A stretch of DNA of 35,497 nt from Octopus bimaculoides (GCF_001194135.2 NC_068992.1:32096867-32132363); one strand, 5' to 3'; positions 1 to 12,470 are shown, counted from the stretch's first letter. Notes: generated by a model not told the origin, from the letters alone. A program made the numbers and translations.

Positions 1-55
1 TGTGTGTGTGTGTGTGTGTATGTATGTGTGTGTGTGTGTGTGCGTGCGTGTGTGT
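1..55. repeat. (TG)n microsatellite
   Basis: Direct reading of the sequence. Confidence 0.95.
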
Positions 56-499
56 AAGCAAAATACAAGTTAGAAAATGGTAAAATAATTTTAACAGGAA
101 GACCATTTTAGTACCGGTTTCAATATTTGCGACTTTTTACAACTTAGAGTAAAGCAGGAAAAACAATCAAATTGTGGAAAAATTAAATGATATGTGTTTT
201 AAAGAATTTCCATTTTTCAAATGCAAAGGACATTTTCCTTATTCGTGTCTGCCTCTGTCTGTCTCTTTTACCCATGTGAGATTGTCCCCTAAAACACCAC
301 ATCCGAACATGGGATATCGGGAAACACCTTTCAATACCCTTGCAAAGACCCGCACGAGAAATCACAACAAAGCACTTTACAACAACAGGGAGCAACTACA
401 TAACAGCTGCTGTCCCAATCACCGCAATCAATTTTTAGACCGAATACGCAAACCCAATACGAGATAGCACCAGACAGACAGGAGGAATCAAAAGTGATA

Positions 500-2960
500 A
501 TGATCATCAATATAACTCACAAAGAAACTAACAGCAAAACCAAATCAACATACTCTCCAAAGGGCTCAATTTTCATCCACCACCCAACGCCCCAACTACA
601 ACAAAATAAAAGAAGACGTCATAGAATACCGAAGAAAATTACGACTAAGGAACTATACGATTAAATACAACGATGACGAATCGTTAGTACGAAGTAGAAG
701 TAACTGCACTCCTTCAAAATGTAAGAACAAAATGCTTTATTATTTCTGTGAATACGCCACGAATTACCCATAACAACATATACACAAACAAAAACACAAG
801 CGAAACTTCAGCAAAATAGAATGGGCTGCGTTGAGCAAATTAAAAGATAAGACAATAACAATCAAAGAGGCTGATAAAGGGAGTGCACTTGTCTTAATGG
901 ACACGGTATACTGCATAACTTTAGTACTATCCATATTTGAAGACATCATATTATGAAAAATTCCAACATTACAGTCAGCATAAAAATAATGTGAAACAAG
1001 GCGGTGAGCTGGCAAAAACGTTAGCACGCCGGGCGAAATGCTTAGCGGTATTTCGTCTGCCGCTACGTTCTGAGTTCAAATTCCGCCGAGGTCGACTTTA
1101 CCTTTCATCCTTTCGGAGACGATTAAATAAGTACCAGTTACACACTGGGGTCGATATAATCGACTTAATTCGTTTGTTTCTCTTTGTTTGTCCCCTCTGT
1201 GTGCAGCACCTTGTGGGCAGTAAATAAATAAGAAAATAATGTGAAACCTAATATCTATGTTAAACCTATACAGAGAAGGGCTCACCGACAAAGAATACGA
1301 TTATATGACCGATTTCAAGAGTAAATTCTGTTAATGCTACGGTATTCCTAAGATACACAAAAGTGGGAAAATAAGTAACGCATGCAGGAGAACCACAGAC
1401 ATAATAATCAAGGTCTCTACACCTAATGACCTCAAATTAAGACCTATAATAGCAGGTCCCACATGCAAATCCCACCGCCTCAGTAACTTTTTAGATACCC
1501 TCCTAAAAGCATTCCTCACACATGTCAAAAGTTACGTAAGAGACGACCTGAATATGCTCAACAACCTTCCTGAAACAATAAACAAAAACACCTTACTAGT
1601 ATACTTCGATGTAGTCAACCTGTATTCCAAAATATCCCCTTACATCCCAGGAATAGAGGCGATTTAATTCTGGCTAGAGAATTACTTCAATGTACTCCCA
1701 CATCTCATAAAGAAAGAATTCGTAATAGAAGGGCTAAAATTTATTTTGGAGAAAAACTACTTTGTCTTCAAAGACAACTTCTATTGACAAAAATCAGGGA
1801 CTGTGATGGGTACGAGATTGATCCCCTCCTTTACTAACCTAGTCATGGGATATCTAGAAATAAATCTTTGTCGTAAAGTAGTAGAAGAATACGGCAACTC
1901 ACTCTCTCTCTACATAGAAAATAACTGGAAGAGGTATCTGGATGACAGTTTCATTCTTTGGCATGAATGCATAGAGAGACTTAAAGAATTTCAAGCACTT
2001 ATAAACGGGACTTGACGTACACATTCAATTTACGATGGAATATAGCCATCCTCGACATCCTCATTAAGAAACCTAACAACAAAATAGAAACAGATATATA
2101 CTATAAGCCTATGGACTCCAAGCAATATATACCGCTCAACGCATGCTACCCCAGACACGCTAGAATGAATATGCCTTTCAACCTAGCGAAAATACAAGCA
2201 CCACGGACACACGACTACAGGAACTAAAGGATACACTCATCACCAGGAACTGCCCATCATCACTAATTGATATAGGCTTTTAACGTACCCTACAACTCAA
2301 AATCCGCGAACTCAGACATCCCAAATTAAAGAAGGATTTACAACTAAAAGCTCTACCATAGATCTCCACTCACAACCCTCTTAACCATGAAGCCTTCGGC
2401 ACCATCTTCCTGAAAATTCCCCTACTAAAAAGAGACCACAGAATGGATTTACTCCTCCAAATGCACACCATTATAAAGAGCAAAGGCAACCCAAATATAT
2501 GAAAAGTCTCCTAACACAAGCCCGAATACGGTCAACAACAACACTGAAGCCGTCAGTGAAAAAAATTCGGAAGACCTAACTGTGGTATATGCGTCAACCT
2601 AGTTAAGGGATCGGAGTTATCTTTCAAACAAGGTCAATGTTTTACAGTGAAAAAAAAACTTTACATGTGCTTCGGAAAAACTAATATATGTATTAACTTG
2701 CTCTGAATGGCGAGAGCAATACGTAGGCCAGACCAAAACTAGTCTACGTCAAATGATGGCTGGCACTACATAGATGCCAGATCAAAATTCGGGAAACCAA
2801 AAGACTAGCATTCAGCGAACACATCGACATTTGCGCCAACAACAAACAACCAAGCATCAACATTTTTCCACTCTATAAATTCAGGGACGAAGCAAACTGT
2901 ACTCCGCACATCAGTAACGAGTCATATTTTATCACAAAATATAAAACCTCTTTTGATTGC
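500..2960 (+). mobile_element. Decayed Penelope-like retroelement (RT plus C-terminal GIY-YIG endonuclease), many stops and frameshifts
   Basis: Manual translation gives PLE motifs in canonical order: LSKGLNF (553-573), IKEADKG (861-881), YGIPKIHK (1338-1361), LRPII (1437-1451), FDVVNLY (1605-1625), GTVMG..PSFTNLVMGYLE (about 1797-1860), catalytic YLDD (1935-1946), ILDI..TDIYYKP (about 2046-2110), a GRPNCGIC linker (about 2569-2592) and LIYVLTCSEWREQYVGQT (2681-2734). The 5' boundary may extend to about 300. Confidence 0.9.
998..1232 (+). mobile_element. tRNA-derived SINE (tail type A) inserted in the PLE
   Basis: A-box-like TGAGCTGGCA, B-box GAGTTCAAATTCC and shared body GTCGACTTTACCTTTCATCCTTTCGG. 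Perfect 15-bp TSD AAAATAATGTGAAAC at 983-997 and 1233-1247. Confidence 0.9.
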
Positions 2961-3200
2961 GTCCACCACGAATGTCACTATTATAAGGGCCTTAGTATAC
3001 TACCCATGCAAATATTAAAAACGATATATTCAGAACAGTCACTACCCATGAATTTATTCAGAACAATTTCAATCAATACCATTACAACAACAGGTCACTT
3101 TTAGTTTGCTTGACCATTTAAGAAGATTCCACCAACATCATACTACTGTCATACCACTCCCGAATTTTTTTATTATACTTTCTCTTTTTTCCTACTCCGA

Positions 3201-3364
3201 TCTTCTTCTTCTTCTTCTTCTTCTTCTTCTTCTTCTTCTTCTTCTTCTTCTTCTTCTTCTTCTTCTTCTTCTTCTTCTTCTTCTTCTTCTTCTTCTTCTT
3301 CTTCTTCTTCTTCTTCTTCTTCTTCTTCTTCTTCTTCTTCTTCTTCTTCTTCTTTTTCTTCTTC
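3201..3364. repeat. (CTT)n microsatellite
   Basis: Direct reading. It explains the poly-Leu and poly-Lys ORFs. Confidence 0.97.
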
Positions 3365-3714
3365 TCCGTCGTCATTGTCGTCCTCGTCGCTTACTTTCTT
3401 AGCCTCTACTGCTACCTAAACAATCAAAACCAAGAACTCGTATTAGGACTACCAATACTTGCTACTTGCTACCAAGATCTCATATAAGTAAAAGAGAGAG
3501 AGCGAGTATGGAAGAGTCTACATACAACAAAAAAAAATATGTACATTCATGAGTAAATGAGTAAATGTCCCTTGCATTTGAAGACTATGGAAATATTAAA
3601 GAAAAAAACATGTCATGTAATTTTTCCACAATTTCATTGTTTTTCCTCCTTTACTCTTAGCTGAAAAAGTCGCAAAGACTGAAACCGCTACGAAACTGTT
3701 CTTCGCGATAAAAT

Positions 3715-4563
3715 NNNNNNNNNNNNNNNNNNNNNNNNNNNNNNNNNNNNNNNNNNNNNNNNNNNNNNNNNNNNNNNNNNNNNNNNNNNNNNNNNNNNNN
3801 NNNNNNNNNNNNNNNNNNNNNNNNNNNNNNNNNNNNNNNNNNNNNNNNNNNNNNNNNNNNNNNNNNNNNNNNNNNNNNNNNNNNNNNNNNNNNNNNNNNN
3901 NNNNNNNNNNNNNNNNNNNNNNNNNNNNNNNNNNNNNNNNNNNNNNNNNNNNNNNNNNNNNNNNNNNNNNNNNNNNNNNNNNNNNNNNNNNNNNNNNNNN
4001 NNNNNNNNNNNNNNNNNNNNNNNNNNNNNNNNNNNNNNNNNNNNNNNNNNNNNNNNNNNNNNNNNNNNNNNNNNNNNNNNNNNNNNNNNNNNNNNNNNNN
4101 NNNNNNNNNNNNNNNNNNNNNNNNNNNNNNNNNNNNNNNNNNNNNNNNNNNNNNNNNNNNNNNNNNNNNNNNNNNNNNNNNNNNNNNNNNNNNNNNNNNN
4201 NNNNNNNNNNNNNNNNNNNNNNNNNNNNNNNNNNNNNNNNNNNNNNNNNNNNNNNNNNNNNNNNNNNNNNNNNNNNNNNNNNNNNNNNNNNNNNNNNNNN
4301 NNNNNNNNNNNNNNNNNNNNNNNNNNNNNNNNNNNNNNNNNNNNNNNNNNNNNNNNNNNNNNNNNNNNNNNNNNNNNNNNNNNNNNNNNNNNNNNNNNNN
4401 NNNNNNNNNNNNNNNNNNNNNNNNNNNNNNNNNNNNNNNNNNNNNNNNNNNNNNNNNNNNNNNNNNNNNNNNNNNNNNNNNNNNNNNNNNNNNNNNNNNN
4501 NNNNNNNNNNNNNNNNNNNNNNNNNNNNNNNNNNNNNNNNNNNNNNNNNNNNNNNNNNNNNNN
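3715..4563. other. Assembly gap (N run). Others at 10480-10633, 12791-13674, 19098-19165, 20247-20256, 21836-22289, 23295-23514
   Basis: N runs, several bordered by simple repeats. Confidence 1.
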
Positions 4564-4740
4564 ATTTGAGCAACTCTGGCTTACAGCTATTTCCAGTAGT
4601 CATTATAGGTACATTACGAATAGGTTTACTCAATTGGTCTATTTATCAATTGATGTAAATTGAAAGACCAAAGAAAATTAATGCTACTTTCCTTTTGAGC
4701 CATTTTAGAGCACTTCAGGAATAGTTACATGTACTATAAA

Positions 4741-4955
4741 TGCGGCCAGCAGGTAGAAGCGTTAGTACGCCGGCTAGAATGCTTAGCGGTACTCCATCTG
4801 TCTTTACATTCTGAATTCAATTCCCGCCGAAGTCGACTTTGCTTTCATCCTCTCGGGGTCGATAAATTAACTACCAGTTGTGTATTGGGATCAATCTAAT
4901 TGACTGCCCCCCTCCCAGAACATTTCGGGCTTTGTACCTAGGATAGTAAAGAATA
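4741..4955 (+). mobile_element. tRNA-derived SINE (tail type B), diverged
   Basis: Colinear with 998-1232 through head and body (GAATTCAATTCC, GTCGACTTTGCTTTCATCC). Ends CCCCCTCCCAGAACATTTCGGGCTTTGTACCTAGGATAGTAAAGAATA. No TSD seen. Confidence 0.85.
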
Positions 4956-5287
4956 CAATACCTACATGAAAAAGTAGAGTTAAAGGAATTTGTTTGGTAC
5001 GTACTTACAGTGCACGACCACACTGAAATTGACTTCAGGTAACGAAAAATGAAGTCATGAAGAATTTGGCATCAATTCATGATTACTGCTTGGAATCTTT
5101 CGCAGTTCGCAATGAAAAGTTGTCGCGTTCGAAATATCATAACGGATGCGTAAATAAGCATTCATAAAATGAAACGACACATTTGTAGGTAAACAAAGGT
5201 ATCAACAAATAGAAGAGAGGGAAGGAAACATCGCCTTTGAAGTAATTCCGAATAGGTTCAGTTAAGCTTGCCAAAGTTTAATGCATT

Positions 5288-5417
5288 TTAAATATGGACA
5301 TTAAGATTGTTTGGTATTGGATATTCATCGCGTACAGTGTTTCTAGTCAATTCAATCACCGTCGCAAGTGGACAGTCGAAATAAATAGACGAAATCTTTT
5401 CAGTTCTATAATGTACT
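5288..5417 (-). CDS. Candidate exon of an unidentified gene (xVHYRTEKISSIYFDCPLATVIELTRNTVRDEYPIPNNLNVHI*)
   Basis: Acceptor ATTATTTTTTGGTTAG followed by 42 open codons to a stop. No homology recognised. Confidence 0.2.
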
Positions 5418-7678
5418 CTAACCAAAAAATAATACACAATTACAACATATAAATAAATGATAAATTTCAAACATCTGAAAACCACTAAAAATATTCTCTG
5501 ATGCCAATATACGACCATATAGATTTTAAAAAGCATGGAAGAGTCTACAGAGAAAAAAGGAAAATTCTGTACATACCAAGAATTGGAGGAAAACCCGTGT
5601 AAGGCATCCTATTTCCAGGTTCGTTCATTTACACGAGAGCTCTGGGACATAAGTAAGGTGTGTGTAAAGTTTGGTGAAGATCGGTTGAGAATTGTGGAAA
5701 TGTAAGCGTTAGCAAATATACACACATACTGTGATTTACATATATACATATATACATATATACATATATATATATATACATGTGTATGTGTGTGTGTATT
5801 TATTGGACATTTTACTATTTTATTCCACTCACTAGCATTCAGCAATATTAAGCTATATTATATTTTAGAGTGGTATAACGACGAGGCCATGGTATTTTTT
5901 TTATTTTGGGGAGGTTTGGGTTAGGCAGGGTTTCAATCCAACATTTTAAACCACCATCGAAACGTTAATATTTTTTGTGATTTATGAATGAAATAATTTA
6001 CTACATATATTTTTTCGAAGGTTAATCAGACTATAGTATATATAATTCGTAGTCTTTATGGGTCTTTTCATTCAATCTTAGATCCCCAGCATGTCATTGT
6101 AAATTATTATTTCTATGATCTATTTCATTGTAGATTTCACATTATGTTATGTTTAATATTCTGTCTGATGTGTATGTCAAAAATATACGGAAAGTATTAT
6201 TGTTGGAAAATTGTAGAATTTTTTCTCTATTGTTCCTACTCATTTAAGCATTTCTTGCTTTCCACATCACAAAAAATTTCTAGCAAGGAACCAGTTATAA
6301 AGTAACATTATTATGGAATTCTAAATAAAAGTTTACACGCCTGATAACAAACTAGTCTCTGCATGATGCATTAAATATGCTTATACTGTACATTAATATA
6401 AATTTCGATGTAGATTTCGAGTCTTCAAATGACTAGTATCTGAAGTGTGCTATAATTGTTTTAAAAATGATATGCGTAATCATTCATGAAGGCATTTATC
6501 ACTTACAAAGAGAACTAGCAAAGTACTTTTATTTGTAAGTGAAGGTTCAGTACAATATGTAATTGAATAATTAATAAATATGATGCTGCCATATCAATGA
6601 AGACATATCTTTCGGATTTAATTTACTAAAGTATTCATTTGTCTCACTGTGAATCGCTGTCTCTGTCCGTCAGTCTCTTTATCGCCTTACCTCATCTCGC
6701 CCTGTCTATCTGTCTGTTTCACTTTCTCTCTCTTCCTCTGCTCACGAATTCCCCCGATAGTTTTCTTATGATATTGCATGCCATTATGACAAAAAACCCT
6801 ATCGGTTATGTATTCTGATCGATACAATAAAATACATATTCACAAAATATATCGCTGCGCTTAATCGATAAGCTAGAACATGATTAATCATTGTCAGTTT
6901 GGAATGTGGGGTTAACGCATCGGCTCTCTAGATTGGCAAAGAGATATTGGTGAAAAATATCAAAACAATTCGCTAAAGAAAATCATTGATTGAAAGGGGG
7001 CAAATGTTATTAGTGTAATTTCTGAAGTGATATGCAGATATATCTACCAATAGCCTGTTTTCTTTTTTCTATCTGAATTTTTTGAATATATAGATTTTAG
7101 TAGACAACATGAAAACTATATTTCAAGTGAAATTAGCATTCATTAATATGAAAACAACATCTTTGTACCTAAATGTCAACATTTTCCTATCTTTGCGTGT
7201 ATAGATGTGTGATTGTCACCACCTAATGAAGAGAAAGTATTTTCAATTATGTATTATGGAACTAGAAAAGAAACAGTAAATAAAATCCCAAAATATTAAA
7301 GACGAAAAGAGTGAAAGAGAAAGAAAGAAAGGGAGAGAGATAAAAACAGAGGGCATGATGTTCATTGGGGGTTATCTAAAATTGTATTAACATCACACTT
7401 ATAGCTGTACGTATATATCTTAGTAAGATATTAAACTGACTATAGGGGATATACAAATATTTTAACCACTCGTAAATTGAATATGCTACATAAATGTGAC
7501 AGATGCAAACATCTCTCATGCTTACTCTACAATCCTAACGTGGATGTTACCTGAGAGATCAAATGGACGGTGTAGTGTTTTTTTCTATCCTAAATTAATT
7601 ATCAAATATATTGTATACTGTTAAAATCGACTAATATCGAAATACCAAAGAGGCTGAAATTCAAATTTAGTATGTTAC

Positions 7679-7949
7679 GGAGATGTACTTGCATAGCAAG
7701 TGACCTGATCTGAGATCGTGTGCTGGAACGAAAACAATTGCAGCGTGGGAGGTGTTTATAAGCCATTTAAGAAACACACAAAAACCGTTAGATTCACTTC
7801 AACACTGCTAGCACACAATTTTGTCAGTGAATAGGTCGCGGTCTCAAAGCGACGAAAATATTTTGACCCAAATTAAATTTAAATGTTGAAATGAATCTAA
7901 CGGTTTTTGTGTGTTTCTTAAATGGCTTATAAACACCTTCCATGTTGCA
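7679..7949. mobile_element. Head-to-head inverted non-autonomous element (hammerhead family 2)
   Basis: Near-perfect inverted arms 7736-7804 and 7884-7953. The left arm extends about 57 nt further. Degenerate 16-bp direct flanks AAATTTAGTATGTTAC (7663-7678) and AAATTTAGCATGGAAC (7950-7965) look like a TSD. Confidence 0.7.
7823..7867 (+). ncRNA. Hammerhead-like motif, type I topology, minimal stem III, variant core GUGAAUA
   Basis: Stem I GTCA(7823-26)/TGAC(7864-67), core GTGAATA(7827-33) plus G, stem II GTCGC(7835-39)/GCGAC(7849-53), GAAA(7854-57), palindrome AATATT(7857-62), U at position 17 (7863). Confidence 0.45.
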
Positions 7950-10384
7950 AAATTTAGCATGGAACATAAGCAAATATAATACCTATGTAATTTACATGAC
8001 TGAACCTACAGTCACATAAAAAAATAATACTCAAATCAGGGTAACTAATTTAATTATAAGCGTATTTCGACAACCATTCCATTCCTCTTTTAATATTTAT
8101 TGGAAGGTTGTTTAGTAAAAATTATACTGGCATTCATGTTTCCAACTGTTCCTCTGTTGACCTAATCAGGGAGAACGGTGCACTAAATATGAAAGCCAAG
8201 ACCATAACGATTTCCTCAAGTGTTTTAATCCGCGCAGTACATTCACGGTATAGTCACTTATTAGTAATATATTTTGTCATTCAAGATACTTGAACAATCA
8301 CATACAGGTTACATACCTGGTTTAGGACATTTTTCGTCATTGTTAATGACATTATTGTAATTGTTAGGTTAAGTTGATAATACTGCGTATTCACTTCTTT
8401 TAACTGCGATATTATTTATGTCAACTTACTGTGAAAAAGAACGGGTATGCTATTTCGTCAAGGTAATGATAAGTTTGAAGAGCATGGGACAATATACATG
8501 ATTTATTCTTTCCATAATATCAGAAATTATCTACATAGGAATATGTGATAGATGAATATTTTACCAGCAGGGATCATTTCTCTTCCATAACAAAGATATT
8601 CATGGTGTGATTTTAAATAACAAACTAGTCCATCATATAAGATAAGTATTAGAATATTAATAATAAGTGTGAGATTGATTTCAGTTTTACAAGTTTGCAA
8701 TTTGTGAATGACGTGAGGAGACAAGAACAAATATAAATAATAACAATAACTTTACAATAATTCTTTATGTGTGGATAACTCAGACTGTTAATCTACTGTT
8801 GGAAATCAATTAATTTGTGAATCTATATGCAGATAACTGACGATATAATATATGAGATATATATAACTAAAATTGGAAAGTGAGTAAATAATAGTTTAAA
8901 AAATATAATAGAAGCGAAACATTTTAAAGTCTTATCATTCTCGATCAGCTTTTAACAAACCATTCTTATCTATGCAGATCACTGAAAATAATGTTTCCTT
9001 CATTCTACCCCCATTCTCTCTTTTTATTTGTATCTCTGTATTCCGCTTTCTCCATTAATTTCTTTGCGTATCTCGCTTTAAACAAAACGAGTAAATTACT
9101 TTTGATCGTTACTTATATTGTTCCAGTATTTACGAAATCTAAAACTTAATGGCTTTCACATTTTTGAAGTAGATATACTAGCATGATAACATCATGGAGT
9201 ATTTAAAAGGTTGTTTATAAAGTAACCTCTAATATCACACATAGACTTACATTGCTCTAAATCTTGTTTAGTAAAATATATGTGTGGAAGAAAAGCGGTC
9301 AGCTAATTGCTAAAAATTTAATGTTATTATCCAGACCCAAGTCTAGTAAGTTTTAAGAGGTATGTGATGATTTAAATGCCTAAACGAAACAACCAGACTT
9401 CCACACAGAGCCTGTGTAGAATTAGTTAATCCAAATGTTTTTCTTGTCCGCATCTAGCTAATACGCATCTATTACCAATAATTGCTGTGAGCACTCTTTA
9501 TCCACATTACGTTATCCTGTTTACGCAATGTGCATTGGCATTCATTTGTACGAAAGATTAGTTTTATTATTACGTGTGTTGATATATTCGTGGTCTTATT
9601 AGAAAATATCAGTCAAAATTCCCTATCAATAATGTCCATGCTAATGCCAGTTGCAACTAAAACTTTTGCTCTCTACTTACCAACGACGTCGCAATATCTG
9701 AAGAAGAGTGACAATTGATAGTACTCAATCTTCTTATTTGTCGACGTTAGCAACAAAAACTGACTGTCTGTGTGAAAGTGCGTAAGGCGCATAAAGACTG
9801 TACTTTCGTTTCCGATTAGACTGTTGTGTTAATCTCGTCCGAGGAGGTAAAAATTACACTTTTTCATAGACCGCACTAGAGTCATTAATCTAGTCTTGAT
9901 ATACATGTTTCTTGCAATCTTTATTATACTAATGCAATCTAAAATATTTGGATGTATGTTTTGTGTAAACTCAAAGAGAAGATTTCTAAATTCATAACTG
10001 TCATATATTTTGTAGTCTTATGTTCTAAGTGCACAAGCACCAATTTTGAGATTGAGAAATTAAATTACCATATTTTTTGTTGTATAAGTAACACGTTATA
10101 TGAAGAAACATGTGTTATCTAGGGAGTTGTCATTGTTTTATATTCTATTTATTTTAGTTATTAGACTGCAGCCATGCTGAGGCACGATTCTGAAGATATT
10201 TTAGGCGAATGCTTCGACCCCACAATATTCCTTTAAGAGTCGTGCATATTCCATCTGTCATTTTGGCTGCACCACTAAGTTACGGGGGCGTAAATACACC
10301 AATGATGGTTGTCAAGCAGTGGTAGGGAAGAAACGCAAACACTAAGAAACGTGCGCACTCACATGCACTCACACACAGAGTCAC

Positions 10385-10436
10385 ACACGAATGCACACAC
10401 ACACACACATATACATACACACACACACACACACAT

Positions 10437-10479
<43 letters not shown>

Positions 10480-10693
10480 NNNNNNNNNNNNNNNNNNNNN
10501 NNNNNNNNNNNNNNNNNNNNNNNNNNNNNNNNNNNNNNNNNNNNNNNNNNNNNNNNNNNNNNNNNNNNNNNNNNNNNNNNNNNNNNNNNNNNNNNNNNNN
10601 NNNNNNNNNNNNNNNNNNNNNNNNNNNNNNNNNATATATACACACATGTATGCATATATATATATATATATACACACATGTATGCACATATAT
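10385..10693. repeat. (CA)n/(TA)n microsatellite spanning a gap
   Basis: Direct reading. Confidence 0.95.
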
Positions 10694-10694
10694 A

Positions 10695-10850
10695 ACAGGC
10701 TTCTTTCAGTTTCTGTTTACCAAATCTACTCACAATTCTACGGTACCCCGAGGCTATAGTAGAGGAAACTTGCACAAAGCGATAGACCGTGTGACTGAAA
10801 CCGAAAACATTTGTTTGAGATGCAAGTTTCCTTCGACACAATCATGCTTT
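10695..10850 (-). mobile_element. Probable diverged SINE of another family
   Basis: B-box-like GGTTTCAGTC on the minus strand and a 3' end running into a dinucleotide microsatellite. Resemblance to octopus SINEs is from recall only. Confidence 0.3.
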
Positions 10851-11371
10851 TTTGTTAAATATTGTCAACAAAATGGTTCTGTTGACATAGCAGATCACCT
10901 TGCTATATCATTATATGCATAGGGCATTCAGGCATTATTGTTAATAAAAAAGTGTAAATATTATTTTTTTTTTACAAGTTATTCTTGTAATTGTTTAACC
11001 AAATGGATCAAAACTACTATGATATATAATGCAGTTTTAACCATCCTTCTTTCATATACGTGGTTCATAGCATTATCGAATAGGATTTTTATATTCTTCT
11101 ATTTAAAACCATAGACTGTGAAAAAAGAAACTTTTTTGTTACATCTAATAGAAAAAATGAAAACATTCGAGTTTCTTAATTGGCGCAAAAGTGGCAATGC
11201 CAAGTCTGTGGTGTTTGACGGTGGAAATATTTACAGTAATGCTAGTGACACGTTATAATATATATAAGTTAATATGTGGCTGTTGTAGGTGGTTTGTGTG
11301 ATTAAAATTAACTGCAGCCAGTAATCTTATACTTCACAATGAGAATTACTTAACTGATCTATTCTTCCTAT

Positions 11372-11407
<36 letters not shown>

Positions 11408-11408
<1 letters not shown>

Positions 11409-11580
11409 TTTATCAAAAAGCGGCAAACAAATCACAAAAACTGTTACTCAGAGTCTCACGTCCCCGTTTGTCGGACAGTTTTGTTTAGAACAAAATATTC
11501 AAAACAAAACTGTCCGACGCACGAGAACGTGAAGCTCCGAGTAACAGCTTTTGTAAAATTTTTGCTGCATTTTAATAAAG
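11408..11580. repeat. About 170-bp imperfect palindrome (MITE-like hairpin)
   Basis: GTCGGACAGTTTTGTTT (11470-86) pairs with AAACAAAACTGTCCGAC (11502-18), CTGTTACTC (11441-49) with GAGTAACAG (11539-47), and CTTTAT with ATAAAG at the ends. Loop about 14 nt. Sits next to a (TA)n tract. Confidence 0.8.
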
Positions 11581-11651
11581 CATATTACTTTACCTCTGAT
11601 ATTCGAGTACTATATTTTCCTCCTTGTTTCGCATTTAAGTGCTTAATCTGG

Positions 11652-11800
11652 TATACACACACACACATATATATATATATAAATATATAATATATGTATA
11701 TATATATATATATGTATATGCATGTGTACGCATGTATATGCATGTATATGTATATGTATGTATATATGTATCATGCGTGTTGAGTGTATGTGTGTTTGTA
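11652..11800. repeat. (TA)/(TG)-rich simple repeat
   Basis: Direct reading. Confidence 0.9.
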
Positions 11801-12391
11801 AATACACACTACATATATCTAAATGTGAAAGTGTGTACGTACGTTCAATAGAAATGAAGCTGAAAAACAAAGTTCAGAAAAAACAAAGTAGTCATGGTCT
11901 TACGTAGAGCTAAGATTGCATATATCCTATAAGACATGTTTAGATAAATTATGGTTATGCTGGAAACAATCTGATGTATTAGATATTTAAGAAAGAAATA
12001 AAATATGGTGTTTTGTCAAAAAGTATCAAGGTTCCATTTTGACAAATGTAATAGGATAATGAGATATATAAATGGTAGAAGGAAATTTGAGAGCTGATTT
12101 GGCATGCGCTCAGATAACCTGCATTTATATTTCAAGATTTATGTAAGCATTAGATTCACTACTTTACTAATAGATCTCAGACTGGCGTGGAAGAAAGTGT
12201 CTGGTTTAGGTGGGATGGATGCGGATATGCCTGCGTTTAATCGCGGTTTTGACAAATTTATAGATTCTTAACTCTGCAATAACTCATGAACGATATCGAA
12301 ATATAAACGAACAACAATGTCAAAGAGGAAAATAAATCAAATCAAATCAATAACAAATCCTCAACAGGCATCAAGTGATTATGATGATAAC

Positions 12392-12421
12392 CATCATCAT
12401 CATCATCATCATAGTACACAC

Positions 12422-12470
<49 letters not shown>
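12392..12470. repeat. (CAT)n and (AAT)n microsatellites
   Basis: Direct reading. Confidence 0.95.

Noticed and set aside
3106-3402. Poly-Leu/Lys/Ile/Arg/Tyr ORFs here and at 15791-16115, 18919-19474, 28618-29577 and 31949-32300
   Set aside because: They are translations of trinucleotide microsatellites.
3596-4633. Long ORFs spanning N runs (also 10280-10841, 12612-13997, 21643-22390, 23256-23588)
   Set aside because: Their length comes from gaps translated as X.
3507-5800. Shared ATGGAAGAGTCTACA..TGTACAT at about 3507 and 5536, and a Helitron/DINE-like phrase AAGTTTGGTGAAGATCGGTTGAG near 5668
   Set aside because: The match is short, and I could not identify terminal hairpins or boundaries to support an element call.
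10165-10345. Segments resembling abundant octopus interspersed repeats (also 12612-12790 and 35245-35375)
   Set aside because: Recognition is from memory only, with no second clear copy, TSD or promoter boxes in the window.
10863-10887. Small hairpin TGTCAACA-9nt-TGTTGACA
   Set aside because: An 8-bp stem is expected by chance, and bacterial terminator logic does not apply here.
12167-12272. Plus-strand frame DLRLAWKKVSGLGGMDADMPAFNRGFDKFIDS* after an AG
   Set aside because: Short, with no recognised homology and no compatible neighbouring exon.
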